Assembly (NCBI GenBank): GCA_028711765.1
Contig: JAQTRP010000001.1
Location: 1-50,171, forward strand
Reading direction: 5' to 3'
DNA from: Candidatus Omnitrophota bacterium
Lineage (GTDB): Bacteria > Omnitrophota > Omnitrophia > Omnitrophales > JAQTRP01
Length of the DNA stretch: 50,171 nucleotides
Positions 18,257-26,836 of the stretch are shown here, one piece after another. The notes under the pieces were generated by a model. That model was not told the origin of the DNA, searched no databases, and was given only the letters and a program-made list of their open reading frames with translations. A program made the translations under genes and the position numbers. Positions within the stretch are counted from its first letter, which is position 1. Each line of letters opens with the position of its first letter.

Positions 18257-19210
18257 TTATTTCTTCTCTTCGTGTTCCTTATCGTAATTCTCGATCAGGG
18301 AAACAAAAACGTCTTCAAGGGACGGCATGATTTTATTTACCGTGAAATTTGTCACACCCTGCTTTTCAATAAAATCTTTTATCGCCGGGATAGCCGATGA
18401 GGCGTTCTCGACAACGGCGTGGATAGAGGCGCTAAAAAGTGCAGTCTCCTTGACAACACTTAAGGCCGCGAGCTTATCTATCCAATCCTCGGCATTCGGA
18501 ACCAACAACTCAAGAACGTCATTCTTCATAAACTTCGTTTTCATTTCGGTAGGAGTGCCCATGGCGATCATGGTACCTTTGTAAATCAAAGCCATGCGGT
18601 CGCAGTTTTCAGCCTCATCCATATAATGCGTGGTGACAAATACGGTTATTCCCCTCGCTGCCATATCCTTTATTATGTCCCAGAAGTTACTCCTCGTTAT
18701 CGGATCGACTCCCGAAGTAGGTTCGTCCAAAAAAATTATCCCCGGCTCGTGGATTATGGCGCATCCTAAGGCGAGCCGTTGTTTCCATCCGCCGGAGAGG
18801 GTCCTGGTAAGGTTTGACCTGAAACTTTCGAGATTCGCCATTTTTACTATTTCTTCTTTACGCTTTTCCCTTTTCTCCTTGGGGATCTTATAGATGCCGC
18901 TATAGAAATTCACATTCTCCTCAACCGTGAGATCGTCGTATAGGGAAAACTTCTGGGACATGTAGCCGATATGCTGTTTTATCTCTTCCTGCTCGCGGTT
19001 GATGTCATAGCCGCCGACGTAACCGGTGCCGGATGTGGGAGATAAAATACCGCAGAGCATCCTTATGGTAGTAGACTTTCCGGCCCCGTTCGGTCCCAGA
19101 AAGCCGAATATTTCTCCTCTCTTAACGTCAAAATTGATATGATTTACCGCCGTGAAGGCGCCAAACTGTTTTACCAAGTCACGGACGCTGACCGCTATAT
19201 CTGTATCCAT
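18257..19210 (-). CDS. ABC transporter ATP-binding protein (second ATPase of the efflux operon)
   Basis: Walker A GPNGAGKST, signature LSGGWKQRL, Walker B IIFLDEPTSGVD. I use the ATG at 19210 (MDTDIAVSV...). The track start 19258 is inside the repeat. Confidence 0.9.
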   Translation of the reverse strand: MDTDIAVSVRDLVKQFGAFTAVNHINFDVKRGEIFGFLGPNGAGKSTTIRMLCGILSPTSGTGYVGGYDINREQEEIKQHIGYMSQKFSLYDDLTVEENVNFYSGIYKIPKEKREKRKEEIVKMANLESFRSNLTRTLSGGWKQRLALGCAIIHEPGIIFLDEPTSGVDPITRSNFWDIIKDMAARGITVFVTTHYMDEAENCDRMALIYKGTMIAMGTPTEMKTKFMKNDVLELLVPNAEDWIDKLAALSVVKETALFSASIHAVVENASSAIPAIKDFIEKQGVTNFTVNKIMPSLEDVFVSLIENYDKEHEEKK

Positions 19211-19235
19211 AATTACACCGAGAATGGCAAATGAC

Positions 19236-19338
19236 AAAATCCAAATGTCGAATGACAAATGAACATTTTTGTCATTGGGATTTTGGATTTATTTTGCCTG
19301 CCTGCCGGCGAGGCGGGGATTTTGAGATTTGTCATTTG
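19236..19338. repeat. Operon-internal hairpin element, copy B (103 nt)
   Basis: Same element as 18119..18253. Its last bases supply the TGA stop (19334..19332) of the upstream ATPase gene. Confidence 0.9.
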
Positions 19339-20081
19339 ACATTTGCTTTATGTTCGCTTTCATATTCTTTTATGATTGCGATAAAAGCTTCCTCGAGGGA
19401 TTTCGCGCCGCGCTCCTTCTTGATCGCGTCCGGAGTTTCACACCTGAGAAGGACGCCCTTGTGTATAAGCCCGACTCTTTTGCAGCGCTCCGCCTCGTCT
19501 AAATAGGAAGTGGAAAAAAGTATGGACACTTTCTCTTTCAGGAGCTGATAGAGTATCTGCCAGAAATCCCTTCTCGATACGGGATCTACGCCGTTGGTGG
19601 GTTCATCCAGAAAAAGAACCTTCGGGGTATGGATGAGGGCGCAGGCAAGCCCCAGTTTCTGCTTCATTCCGCCGGAGAGTTTTCCGGCAAAACGTTTCTT
19701 AAAAGGGGTGAGTCCGCTGAACCCGAGGAGTTTTTCTATGACGGCTTCCCTGTCGTTCTTAGAAACGCAGTAGATATCGGCATAGAAATTAATGTTCTCG
19801 ATAACCGTTAAATCCTCATAAAGCCCGAAGCGCTGGGACATATACGCGATGTTGTCCTTCAGCACCTCGGCCTCCTTCTGGACGTGCTTGCCGTAGACCC
19901 AGCCGTCCCCGGAGGTGGGGTCGAGTATACCCGTTAAGAGCCTCATCGTCGTGCTCTTGCCGGCGCCGTCCGGACCCACAAGCCCGAATATTTCTCCCTC
20001 CTCGATTTCAAGATTGAGATTATTTACGGCGGTGAGATCGCCGAATTTCCTCGTGAGGTTAACGGTTTTTATGGTAATCAT
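19332..20081 (-). CDS. ABC transporter ATP-binding protein (first ATPase of the efflux operon)
   Basis: Walker A GPDGAGKST, signature LSGGMKQKL, Walker B VLFLDEPTNGVD. ATG start. Confidence 0.9.
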   Translation of the reverse strand: MITIKTVNLTRKFGDLTAVNNLNLEIEEGEIFGLVGPDGAGKSTTMRLLTGILDPTSGDGWVYGKHVQKEAEVLKDNIAYMSQRFGLYEDLTVIENINFYADIYCVSKNDREAVIEKLLGFSGLTPFKKRFAGKLSGGMKQKLGLACALIHTPKVLFLDEPTNGVDPVSRRDFWQILYQLLKEKVSILFSTSYLDEAERCKRVGLIHKGVLLRCETPDAIKKERGAKSLEEAFIAIIKEYESEHKANVK

Positions 20082-20184
20082 AGAATGAAACTAATGGCAA
20101 AAATCATTATCGCGGGACGGCGCTCCGGAATGTACAGACGGGATATAAAGACCCCCGCCAATAAATGCGGACCGCTTCATAAGC

Positions 20185-21036
20185 CTATTCCGTCTTGTTG
20201 TCTATCGTTATGTACGCGTCGATGGGCATTCCGGGCTTAAGATCCAAACTAGTATTATCCATCCTGACCTTGACTCTATACACAAGCTTCACGCGCTCCG
20301 TGGTAGTCTGAATGTACTTTGGGGTAAATTCCGCCTGCTGGGATATAAAAGAAACCCAACCGTCGTATTTTTTACCGGGATAGGTGTCCGTTTTACCATA
20401 AGCCTTCTGGTTCAGCTTGACTTTGCCCAGCTCATTCTCGTTGATATAACCGGTAACCCAGATATTGTTGAGATCTACGGCGGTAAAAACCGGCGCCCCC
20501 GATTGCACAACCTCGCCCGCTAAGGCACTCTTTACAAGCACATAGCCGTTAAGCGGCGAGGCCAATTCGGCGAAACCGAGCTGCGTCTCGGTAAGTTCCA
20601 GCGTAGCTTTAAGTTCCTCTACTTTTGCCCGGCTCGCGTCGGCTTTGGTTTTAGCCGTGTCTCTCTGCTGGGCCGAGATCGCCCCCGCCCCAAACAGGTT
20701 TTCCGCGCGCACATAATTAACATCGTCAAGACTAAGCTGGTACTCAGCCGCCTTTAAAGAAGCTTGGGCCTCATTCTTTTTTCTCGAAAGTTCATCTGTG
20801 TTTAAACGCGCCACCAATTGGCCCCGCATGAGCACGTAGCCCTCGTCCACGAGAAGCTCCTCGATTTGCCCCCCTACCCGAAAGGATATGCGGACGTCAT
20901 CGCCTTCGATATTGCCGGAGACCTTGATTGTCTTGCCGTTGCCGCTAAATACGTTGTAAAAACGCGCGATCATTAAAGACAAAACCATCACGACAAAAAT
21001 AATTATCGCCATAATAACAATTTTTTTCTTTTTCAT
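20185..21036 (-). CDS. HlyD-family membrane fusion (periplasmic adaptor) protein, YbhG-like
   Basis: N-terminal TM helix, then barrel-sandwich, coiled-coil hairpin and barrel-sandwich in that order. It lies between a TolC-family gene and ABC genes. Confidence 0.85.
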   Translation of the reverse strand: MKKKKIVIMAIIIFVVMVLSLMIARFYNVFSGNGKTIKVSGNIEGDDVRISFRVGGQIEELLVDEGYVLMRGQLVARLNTDELSRKKNEAQASLKAAEYQLSLDDVNYVRAENLFGAGAISAQQRDTAKTKADASRAKVEELKATLELTETQLGFAELASPLNGYVLVKSALAGEVVQSGAPVFTAVDLNNIWVTGYINENELGKVKLNQKAYGKTDTYPGKKYDGWVSFISQQAEFTPKYIQTTTERVKLVYRVKVRMDNTSLDLKPGMPIDAYITIDNKTE

Positions 21037-21040
21037 ATCG

Positions 21041-22411
21041 TCACCCCTTCAGATATTGTCTTCCCCTTGTCCTGTCCAAAGACGCGCGCGCCATAAGGTA
21101 ATCGTAAATTCCCTCGGCGAGATTTTGCTCCGTCTGGCTCAAGGCAACCTGCGCGTCCAAAACGTCCAAATTGGTCGTTACGCCGTTATCGTAACCCACT
21201 TCCGAAATCTTTAACGCCTCCCTTGCCTCCTTGATACTGTCCTTCTGGGAGTTGATAATAGCCGCCGACTGCTTCAAGTCGAGGCAGGCCTGCCTGATAT
21301 CAACGGCGATCTGGTCGACCACATTTACTTTCGAAAGATCGGCCTGCGCGTATTTCGCCTTGGCCTCGTCAACCTTTGCCTTCGTGTAAAAACCGTCGAA
21401 TACTGGAATCTTAAGAGTCGCTCCGGCATCCCAGATATTGTGCTTATAGTTAAACATGTTTCCGAGGTTTTGCGACCGGAAACCATAATTCATCCCCGCC
21501 TCAAGCGTTGGCAGAATGGTCGAGCGCGCCACCCAGATCGCCCACTTGGCCACGTCGATACCGAGCAGCTTTATGATCATCCAAGGATTCCGCGCGTACG
21601 CCTCTTTCAGGAATTTCTGCTCCTTTATCCTTATCAGCTTGCATCTCAGCCTCTCCGTCGGCCTTATGGGAGTATGCACGTTAAAACCTATAAGTTTGTT
21701 CAGCTCGGCGCTAATCAGGTCGACGTTATTCTCTGCCTTTATCAGGCCGGGAATATAGTTTGAAACCCTGACCTCCGACTGGAGAAGGTCGAACTTGGAA
21801 GACGTGCCATGATCGTATTTGCTCTTCACGTTCTCGTAATGGGCCTTGGCCAGTCCGACTAATTCAAGATTTATACGCTCTGTTTCAAAAGCAAACAGCA
21901 AACCGTAGTAAAGCCTCTTCGCCTCAAATTCAACGTCGAGCTTTTTGGCACGTAGCGTTTCTTCCTGAACCCTCAGGTTCAGTTTTGCTTCTTTCCAATT
22001 GGCAATATTAGCACCACCGTTAACGATGGACTGCTTGGCGGCAAGGCTGAATTGGAAATCGTTCCTGTACCCCGTAAAGATGCCCGGGTCTTTTTTCGGC
22101 TTTGTTGACGGACTAAAACGAATGATGGAATCATTATAAGAATATCCCGAATCAACGTCGATATGCGGCAAAAAGATACTCCTCGCCCCCACAATACCGG
22201 CCCTGGCGGCCTTTACTTCTTCTTCCTGAATCTGGATATCTTTGTTGTATTTAAAAGCGTACTTAATGGTACCCTCGAGAGATAAATCGATAACCTCCTC
22301 GGACTGCGGAATTTCTTCGGAAAAAAGAGGCGCGGCGAGAAAGGAAAATCCCGAGACTAACGGCAGTAATATTAGGATTTTAGTAATATGACTTTTAAAT
22401 AGATATGGCAT
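21041..22411 (-). CDS. tolC: TolC-family outer membrane efflux protein
   Basis: 456 aa, signal peptide, two internally repeated halves with the usual TolC helical/beta pattern. It is the first gene of the efflux operon. Confidence 0.85.
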   Translation of the reverse strand: MPYLFKSHITKILILLPLVSGFSFLAAPLFSEEIPQSEEVIDLSLEGTIKYAFKYNKDIQIQEEEVKAARAGIVGARSIFLPHIDVDSGYSYNDSIIRFSPSTKPKKDPGIFTGYRNDFQFSLAAKQSIVNGGANIANWKEAKLNLRVQEETLRAKKLDVEFEAKRLYYGLLFAFETERINLELVGLAKAHYENVKSKYDHGTSSKFDLLQSEVRVSNYIPGLIKAENNVDLISAELNKLIGFNVHTPIRPTERLRCKLIRIKEQKFLKEAYARNPWMIIKLLGIDVAKWAIWVARSTILPTLEAGMNYGFRSQNLGNMFNYKHNIWDAGATLKIPVFDGFYTKAKVDEAKAKYAQADLSKVNVVDQIAVDIRQACLDLKQSAAIINSQKDSIKEAREALKISEVGYDNGVTTNLDVLDAQVALSQTEQNLAEGIYDYLMARASLDRTRGRQYLKG

Positions 22412-22485
22412 GTCTTTATCCCTATCTATTTAAATTATTATGGCTTAGTTGTAAAGGACTTTTTGGGGTATGGGACAGGCGTAGC

Positions 22486-22875
22486 TTAACCCACGCGTTT
22501 CGCGATGCGGACGTAAATGTCCTGGGCGACTTTGACCTTGGGAAGGAGACTTTTGCGGGCGCTCACTTTAAGTTTGGTGGTTTTGGAGGTAAGCTCCTTT
22601 ATCTGAACTTTGACGGTAATCTCGTCAACGCTGGCTTCGATTTTGCCGTCCGCCCTGTTCTCGGAAACTATGGCGCCTTTGCTCTTTAGTATCTCGCGGC
22701 TCGCGTTCCAGACACGGTCCATCGGGTAATCAACGTAACCCTCCGCGCTGTCCTGGCTTAAAGCGTATCCGCCTATCGCGCCGCCGGTGCCGATCAAGAG
22801 GACCGCGCAGCCAGTCGTTACGAAACTTAAAAACAAAACTACCACAATAACAGGGACTAAATTTAATCTCGGCAT
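22486..22875 (-). CDS. Small lipoprotein (DUF3568-like)
   Basis: Lipobox ...FVTTGC after a hydrophobic signal. 129 aa. Family assignment by eye only. Confidence 0.55.
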   Translation of the reverse strand: MPRLNLVPVIVVVLFLSFVTTGCAVLLIGTGGAIGGYALSQDSAEGYVDYPMDRVWNASREILKSKGAIVSENRADGKIEASVDEITVKVQIKELTSKTTKLKVSARKSLLPKVKVAQDIYVRIAKRVG

Positions 22876-22899
22876 ATTAATCGTTTTCCAATTCTACTC

Positions 22900-23274
22900 T
22901 TAAGATTTATGCGGTTCTTTCTTCCTGAAATCGTCAAGGCGATCGATCAGGCGGCTGCAATAGAGCGTAAGGAAACGGCCTTCGTCGATCTTGTTTACAT
23001 CGAGGACCTTGACGCCGGTAGAATAAGAGTTCTCTCCCTTCACCTTCTCGCACCAGACGACCTTCGCGCGCACCCGTATCGGGCGTTCGCTGTGGCGGTT
23101 TTGAAGCTCGATCTCAAGCACCGTACCGTTAGCAAGCTTTTCGTCGGAAGAAAAACAAAAACCTTCGGCGCTGATATTCTGAGACACTGCCTTCTTGCCT
23201 TCGGGGCTGTCCGAAAGCCGGTAGGTAATCTTCGCGTCCAGATCCATTCTTGGATACCGCCGCCGCTCTTTCAT
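22900..23274 (-). CDS. Stand-alone PilZ domain protein (c-di-GMP receptor type)
   Basis: RRRYPR (RxxxR), then NISAEG ((D/N)xSxxG) 23 residues later. I start at the ATG 23274 (MKERRRYPR...). The longer track ORF (to 23358) reads through palindromic element copy 4. Confidence 0.8.
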   Translation of the reverse strand: MKERRRYPRMDLDAKITYRLSDSPEGKKAVSQNISAEGFCFSSDEKLANGTVLEIELQNRHSERPIRVRAKVVWCEKVKGENSYSTGVKVLDVNKIDEGRFLTLYCSRLIDRLDDFRKKEPHKS

Positions 23275-23299
23275 ACAGACCTCGCTTTGCTTTAAATTA

Positions 23300-23351
23300 C
23301 CTTTATGTACCTGGTACCGGATTAACGGTTCCGGTACCAGGTACATAAAGG
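23300..23351. repeat. GTACCTGGTACC-core palindromic element, copy 4 (loop subtype B)
   Basis: CCTTTATGTACCTGGTACCGG-ATTAACGGTT-CCGGTACCAGGTACATAAAGG, between the cdaA stop and the PilZ gene. Confidence 0.9.
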
Positions 23352-23354
23352 CCG

Positions 23355-24167
23355 TCACCTTGAAACTGTTTCCACAACAAGTGGACTTAAGCTTTCTGCC
23401 GATTCGCGGGCCTTGGTCTCGCGGGCTTTAGGCTCGCGCAAAACTACCCGCTTTCCCTGCGCCAATTTCGCCAGCGCTTCGGGAATCATCTCCAACGGCA
23501 GATTATAGTAAAGCTTGCCTTGATGCGCAAGCGAAACTGCGCCTGTCTCTTCCGAAACTACGATCGATACGGCATCGACCTGTTCCGACATACCGAGTGC
23601 CGCCCGGTGGCGCGTGCCGAACTCGTGAGGCACGGCCCGGCTTTGAGTCAAAGGAACGATCACCGAGCCGGCTACGACGCGGTCGCCGCGGATAACGAGT
23701 GCCCCGTCATGCAACGACGTCGGCGAAAGAAATACTGAGGCAACGAGCTGCGAATCTATAGCGGCATCAAGCTGAATTCCTTTTTGGACCCACTCCTCCA
23801 GCGAATCTTTGTTCTCAATCACAATCAGAGCGCCTTTTTTATACTGCGAAATAAGATCGCACGCCTTGAGCAATTCCGCGTAAGGGCCTTCGTGTTTGCG
23901 GATCTGCTTGAAAAAATCTTTATGATGCGCTCTCGACTTCAAATTATGAACGGCCTCCGAAACCTCCCAAACTAAGGCGCAAATCAAGAGTCCTGTGAGA
24001 AAAACCGTATACCACACCGGAAGCCCGGAGAGATGGAAATTTGCGACGAAAAGCGGGGTAATGGAGCCGAGTATGACAAGCTGGATTAAGCGGCCGCGGT
24101 GTGTGCCGAAAGCGCCGTTTAAAAGCCCTATCGCAAATGTAACCGAATATACCACAACAAGAAACAT
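23355..24167 (-). CDS. cdaA: Diadenylate cyclase CdaA (c-di-AMP synthase)
   Basis: Three N-terminal TM helices, then DAC-domain motifs: GALIVIE, HDGALVI, GTRHRAALG, SEETGAVS. ATG with GGAG 8 nt upstream. Confidence 0.9.
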   Translation of the reverse strand: MFLVVVYSVTFAIGLLNGAFGTHRGRLIQLVILGSITPLFVANFHLSGLPVWYTVFLTGLLICALVWEVSEAVHNLKSRAHHKDFFKQIRKHEGPYAELLKACDLISQYKKGALIVIENKDSLEEWVQKGIQLDAAIDSQLVASVFLSPTSLHDGALVIRGDRVVAGSVIVPLTQSRAVPHEFGTRHRAALGMSEQVDAVSIVVSEETGAVSLAHQGKLYYNLPLEMIPEALAKLAQGKRVVLREPKARETKARESAESLSPLVVETVSR

Positions 24168-24237
24168 TAAAGCTCTCCTTCATACCGTCATTGCGTGAAT
24201 TGTGTACCTGGTACCAAATTTATTATAGACGTAAAAG

Positions 24238-24525
24238 TAAAAGCGAAAAGCTCAAAACCACAGTTTAAAATTCAAAACTTACTAAAAGTAATTTTAAACT
24301 TTAAATTTCAGTTTTGCGCTTTGCACTTTAACTTTTGTACTTTTTTAAAGGCAAACACTACACTTAATTTATCGGCTGGAAAGCAGGTAGGCTTTATAGG
24401 TGCAAAATTAAAAGCGAAAAGCTTAAAACCACAGTTTAAAATTCAAAATTAACTGAAAAAACCAGGGTATAATTTTAAACTTTGAATTTTAGTTTTGCGC
24501 TTTACGCTTTAACCTTTGCGCTTTC
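24238..24525. repeat. Two tandem copies (171-nt register) of an AT-rich imperfect long hairpin element
   Basis: TAAAAGCGAAAAGCT(C/T)AAAACCACAGTTTAAAATTCAAAA...AATTTTAAACTTT(A/G)AATTT(C/T)AGTTTTGCGCTTT... occurs at 24238..24345 and 24409..24525. The A-rich 5' arm is partly complementary to the T-rich 3' arm. Confidence 0.85.
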
Positions 24526-25839
24526 CTACAAATTGCTCAGCTGTGTCCGGAAGGCCATATTGAGGAAGACCATTAGCTCCTCGACGCTGAAATTTACCGA
24601 AGTACGGCGCTCCACCTTCGCGGTGGCGTATCCGAGGTTATTTATGTAATGGCCGAGACGCTCCTTTATGCTACGTTTTGAGTAGAAGTTGTCCCAGATC
24701 CACGTGAGGCCTTTGTCCAATTCTTCGATAGTCATTCCCTTAGGTTTGAAAATTACGTTTTGGCCGTTTCTTAAAGATAGGTCCTCCGCGAAAATCCGTC
24801 CTTCCTTCTCGAGTATAGTATAGAGCTTTGACCCTTCGCGCGGGGTAAGGCAGGAAAAAAGCGCGAGGTCGACTTTGTTCTCCTCACAAAATTTAAGTGT
24901 CTTTTCAAAAATACCTGCGTCGTCGTGGTCAAACCCGAACATAAAAGAACCGTATATCGCGATGCCGGCGTCGTGCATGTTCTTTATCCAGCGGGAATAA
25001 TTCTCCGCTCGCGCCCATCCCTTGTTTACCTCCTCGAGGTTCTCCTGCTTAATCGATTCTATCCCGGCAAAAAGAAACATACAGCCGGATTCCTTCGCGA
25101 GCCTGAGGAGTTCAAGGTCGTCCGCAAAGTTAAGCGAAAATTGCCCGCCCCACGCGGCTTTTATGGGGGCAATTGCCTTAAACAATTCCTTCGCGTAACT
25201 TTTTTTCGCCGCGATATTGTCGTCCACGAAGAAAATTATCTTATCATGCAACTCTTCGACTTGCCGGACAACATCCTCTACCGGACGGGTGCGGTATTTG
25301 CTGCCGTAAAATTCCGTCACGGAGCAATAATCGCAGGCATAAGGGCAACCGCGCGTCGTCTCAATGTGATAACATTCCGGATCCTGAAACAGCTTTCTGG
25401 AAATAAACGGCACTTCCTTCATATCGATCAGGCGATCGGCTTTATAGCGCTTTTTAAGGGCGCCTTTTCTGAGGTCTTCGATGATAGAACCCCAAATAGC
25501 CTCACCTTCGCCTATACCGACGGAATCGACGTGGGCCTCGAATTTTTCGGGGTGGAGCGAAGGATAGATGCCGCCGATGATTACCTTTGTGCCGCGCCGC
25601 CGGAACTCGTCCGCGATTTCGATGGCGCGCGGAATAAGGTGCATCATCACCGTAATGGCAACGAGATCCACCTTCTCGTCGAAATTAATGGGGTTTATAT
25701 TCTCATCGATGATTTCGCGTTCGATATCGCCGGGCGTAAGCGCCGCCAAGAGCGGCAGCGCGAGCGGCGTCGCGACGAGATAACGGACAGAACCTTGCCC
25801 CCTGCCCAGCTTTTTAGGATTTACGAATAGGATTTTCAT
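24526..25839 (-). CDS. B12-binding-domain radical SAM enzyme
   Basis: N-terminal B12-binding-like domain (MKILFVNP...VDLVAITVMM), then ETTRGCPYACDYCSV (CxxxCxxC). Confidence 0.85.
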   Translation of the reverse strand: MKILFVNPKKLGRGQGSVRYLVATPLALPLLAALTPGDIEREIIDENINPINFDEKVDLVAITVMMHLIPRAIEIADEFRRRGTKVIIGGIYPSLHPEKFEAHVDSVGIGEGEAIWGSIIEDLRKGALKKRYKADRLIDMKEVPFISRKLFQDPECYHIETTRGCPYACDYCSVTEFYGSKYRTRPVEDVVRQVEELHDKIIFFVDDNIAAKKSYAKELFKAIAPIKAAWGGQFSLNFADDLELLRLAKESGCMFLFAGIESIKQENLEEVNKGWARAENYSRWIKNMHDAGIAIYGSFMFGFDHDDAGIFEKTLKFCEENKVDLALFSCLTPREGSKLYTILEKEGRIFAEDLSLRNGQNVIFKPKGMTIEELDKGLTWIWDNFYSKRSIKERLGHYINNLGYATAKVERRTSVNFSVEELMVFLNMAFRTQLSNL

Positions 25840-25851
25840 AAAGGTGCCCTA

Positions 25852-25901
25852 AATTATGTACCTGGTACCGGTTTCGCGGGTTCGGTACCAGGTACACAAT
25901 T
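25852..25901. repeat. GTACCTGGTACC-core palindromic element, copy 5 (loop subtype A)
   Basis: AATTATGTACCTGGTACCGG-TTTCGCGGGT-TCGGTACCAGGTACACAATT. The loop is nearly identical to that of copy 1. Confidence 0.9.
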
Positions 25902-25927
25902 TCACACGCGGGATTTCGCAATGACGG

Positions 25928-26836
25928 TTATTCTATCGGGAGAAGAATCTTTGTGCCCGGCTTAAGCTTGTCGGGATTATTGATTTTGTTCTTATTAAAC
26001 TCGTAGAGGTATTTCCAGCGGTAACCGCGGCCTTTGCCGTAATGCGCCTCGGCAATTTTCCAGAGGGTGTCTCCCTGTTTGACGACGTATTCCTCGGTCT
26101 TGACCTGAAGGGCGGATTCCACCTGCTGGGTTTCCTCGATTACTTCCTGGTCTTCGGGAGGCTTGAAATCGGGCGGCACCTGAATTTCAACTACCTCCGC
26201 TATCATAAACTGTGCATTACGGTCTTTCTGCATCCCAACAAGGTCGGTAATCGGCGCTACGGCGTCAAGCTTACCGCGGCTTAATATACGGATGCGGTTT
26301 TCGGGTATTCCGTTCGAAAGCATAAAATCTTTTACAGCCTCCCCGCGCCGCTCACCTAGTCTTTCGTTATACGCCTCATCACCGCGCCTGTCACAATTGC
26401 CCGTAATCAGAATTTCTGCCTCGGGCTCTCTTCCCAGCGTCTGCACGGCTTTATTTAGTACCATATTTGCGTCTTCGCGGAGACCAGCCTTGTCATAATC
26501 GAAATATATTTTAACATTGCTGATTATGCGCTTCAAAAGAAGGGCGGGCTTTCCTTCTTCCTGAAAGATAATCTTCCTCACATAGATATAGCCTTGATTG
26601 CCCCACGGGGTAGCCTTGCCCGGCTCGACCGGCCACCACCAGTAACCGCCACGGTCTTTATCCTCAACAGGCCCCGGCATCGCGTCGGTCGGCCACCACT
26701 TGAAACGCGCCGAATTAGACTTATCTTCAAGCTCACGCCTCTCTTCACGGGTAAGCGCGAAGGCGTTCGCTCCGCACCAAAGAACAAAAGTAAGCGCCAA
26801 ACAGCAAGCGAAAAATTTTTTACCTGATAACTTCAT
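25928..26836 (-). CDS. OmpA-family peptidoglycan-binding protein with C-terminal LysM domain
   Basis: Signal peptide. OmpA_C-like block IYFDYDKAGL...ITGNCDRRGDEAYNERLGERRGEAVKDFM...NRI. LysM-like block YVVKQGDTLWKIAEAHYG...KPGTKILLP. GGGAGG SD. Confidence 0.85.
   Translation of the reverse strand: MKLSGKKFFACCLALTFVLWCGANAFALTREERRELEDKSNSARFKWWPTDAMPGPVEDKDRGGYWWWPVEPGKATPWGNQGYIYVRKIIFQEEGKPALLLKRIISNVKIYFDYDKAGLREDANMVLNKAVQTLGREPEAEILITGNCDRRGDEAYNERLGERRGEAVKDFMLSNGIPENRIRILSRGKLDAVAPITDLVGMQKDRNAQFMIAEVVEIQVPPDFKPPEDQEVIEETQQVESALQVKTEEYVVKQGDTLWKIAEAHYGKGRGYRWKYLYEFNKNKINNPDKLKPGTKILLPIE

Noticed and set aside
23275-23358. N-terminal extensions proposed by the ORF track: PilZ gene to 23358, permease to 18159, ATPase to 19258, trkA to 14193, CxxC protein to 48165
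   Set aside because: The extensions are translations of palindromic or hairpin repeat elements (e.g. MYLVPEPLIRYQVH, MCFICHLNFDIWIL), or they begin at TTG. Downstream ATG codons, several with SD sequences or stop/start overlaps, give native-looking N-termini.
24238-24525. Possible CRISPR array (repeated sequence with a regular period)
   Set aside because: There are only two copies. The units are about 110 nt and internally palindromic, with a 171-nt period. No short direct repeats alternate with unique spacers, and no cas genes are in the window.
24925-25830. 301-aa + strand ORF, the longest unexplained ORF in the track
   Set aside because: It lies entirely antisense to the radical SAM gene, whose product has the canonical CxxxCxxC and B12-domain pattern. 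The + strand product is Arg/Pro/Phe-rich low complexity with no recognisable motif, so it is a shadow ORF.
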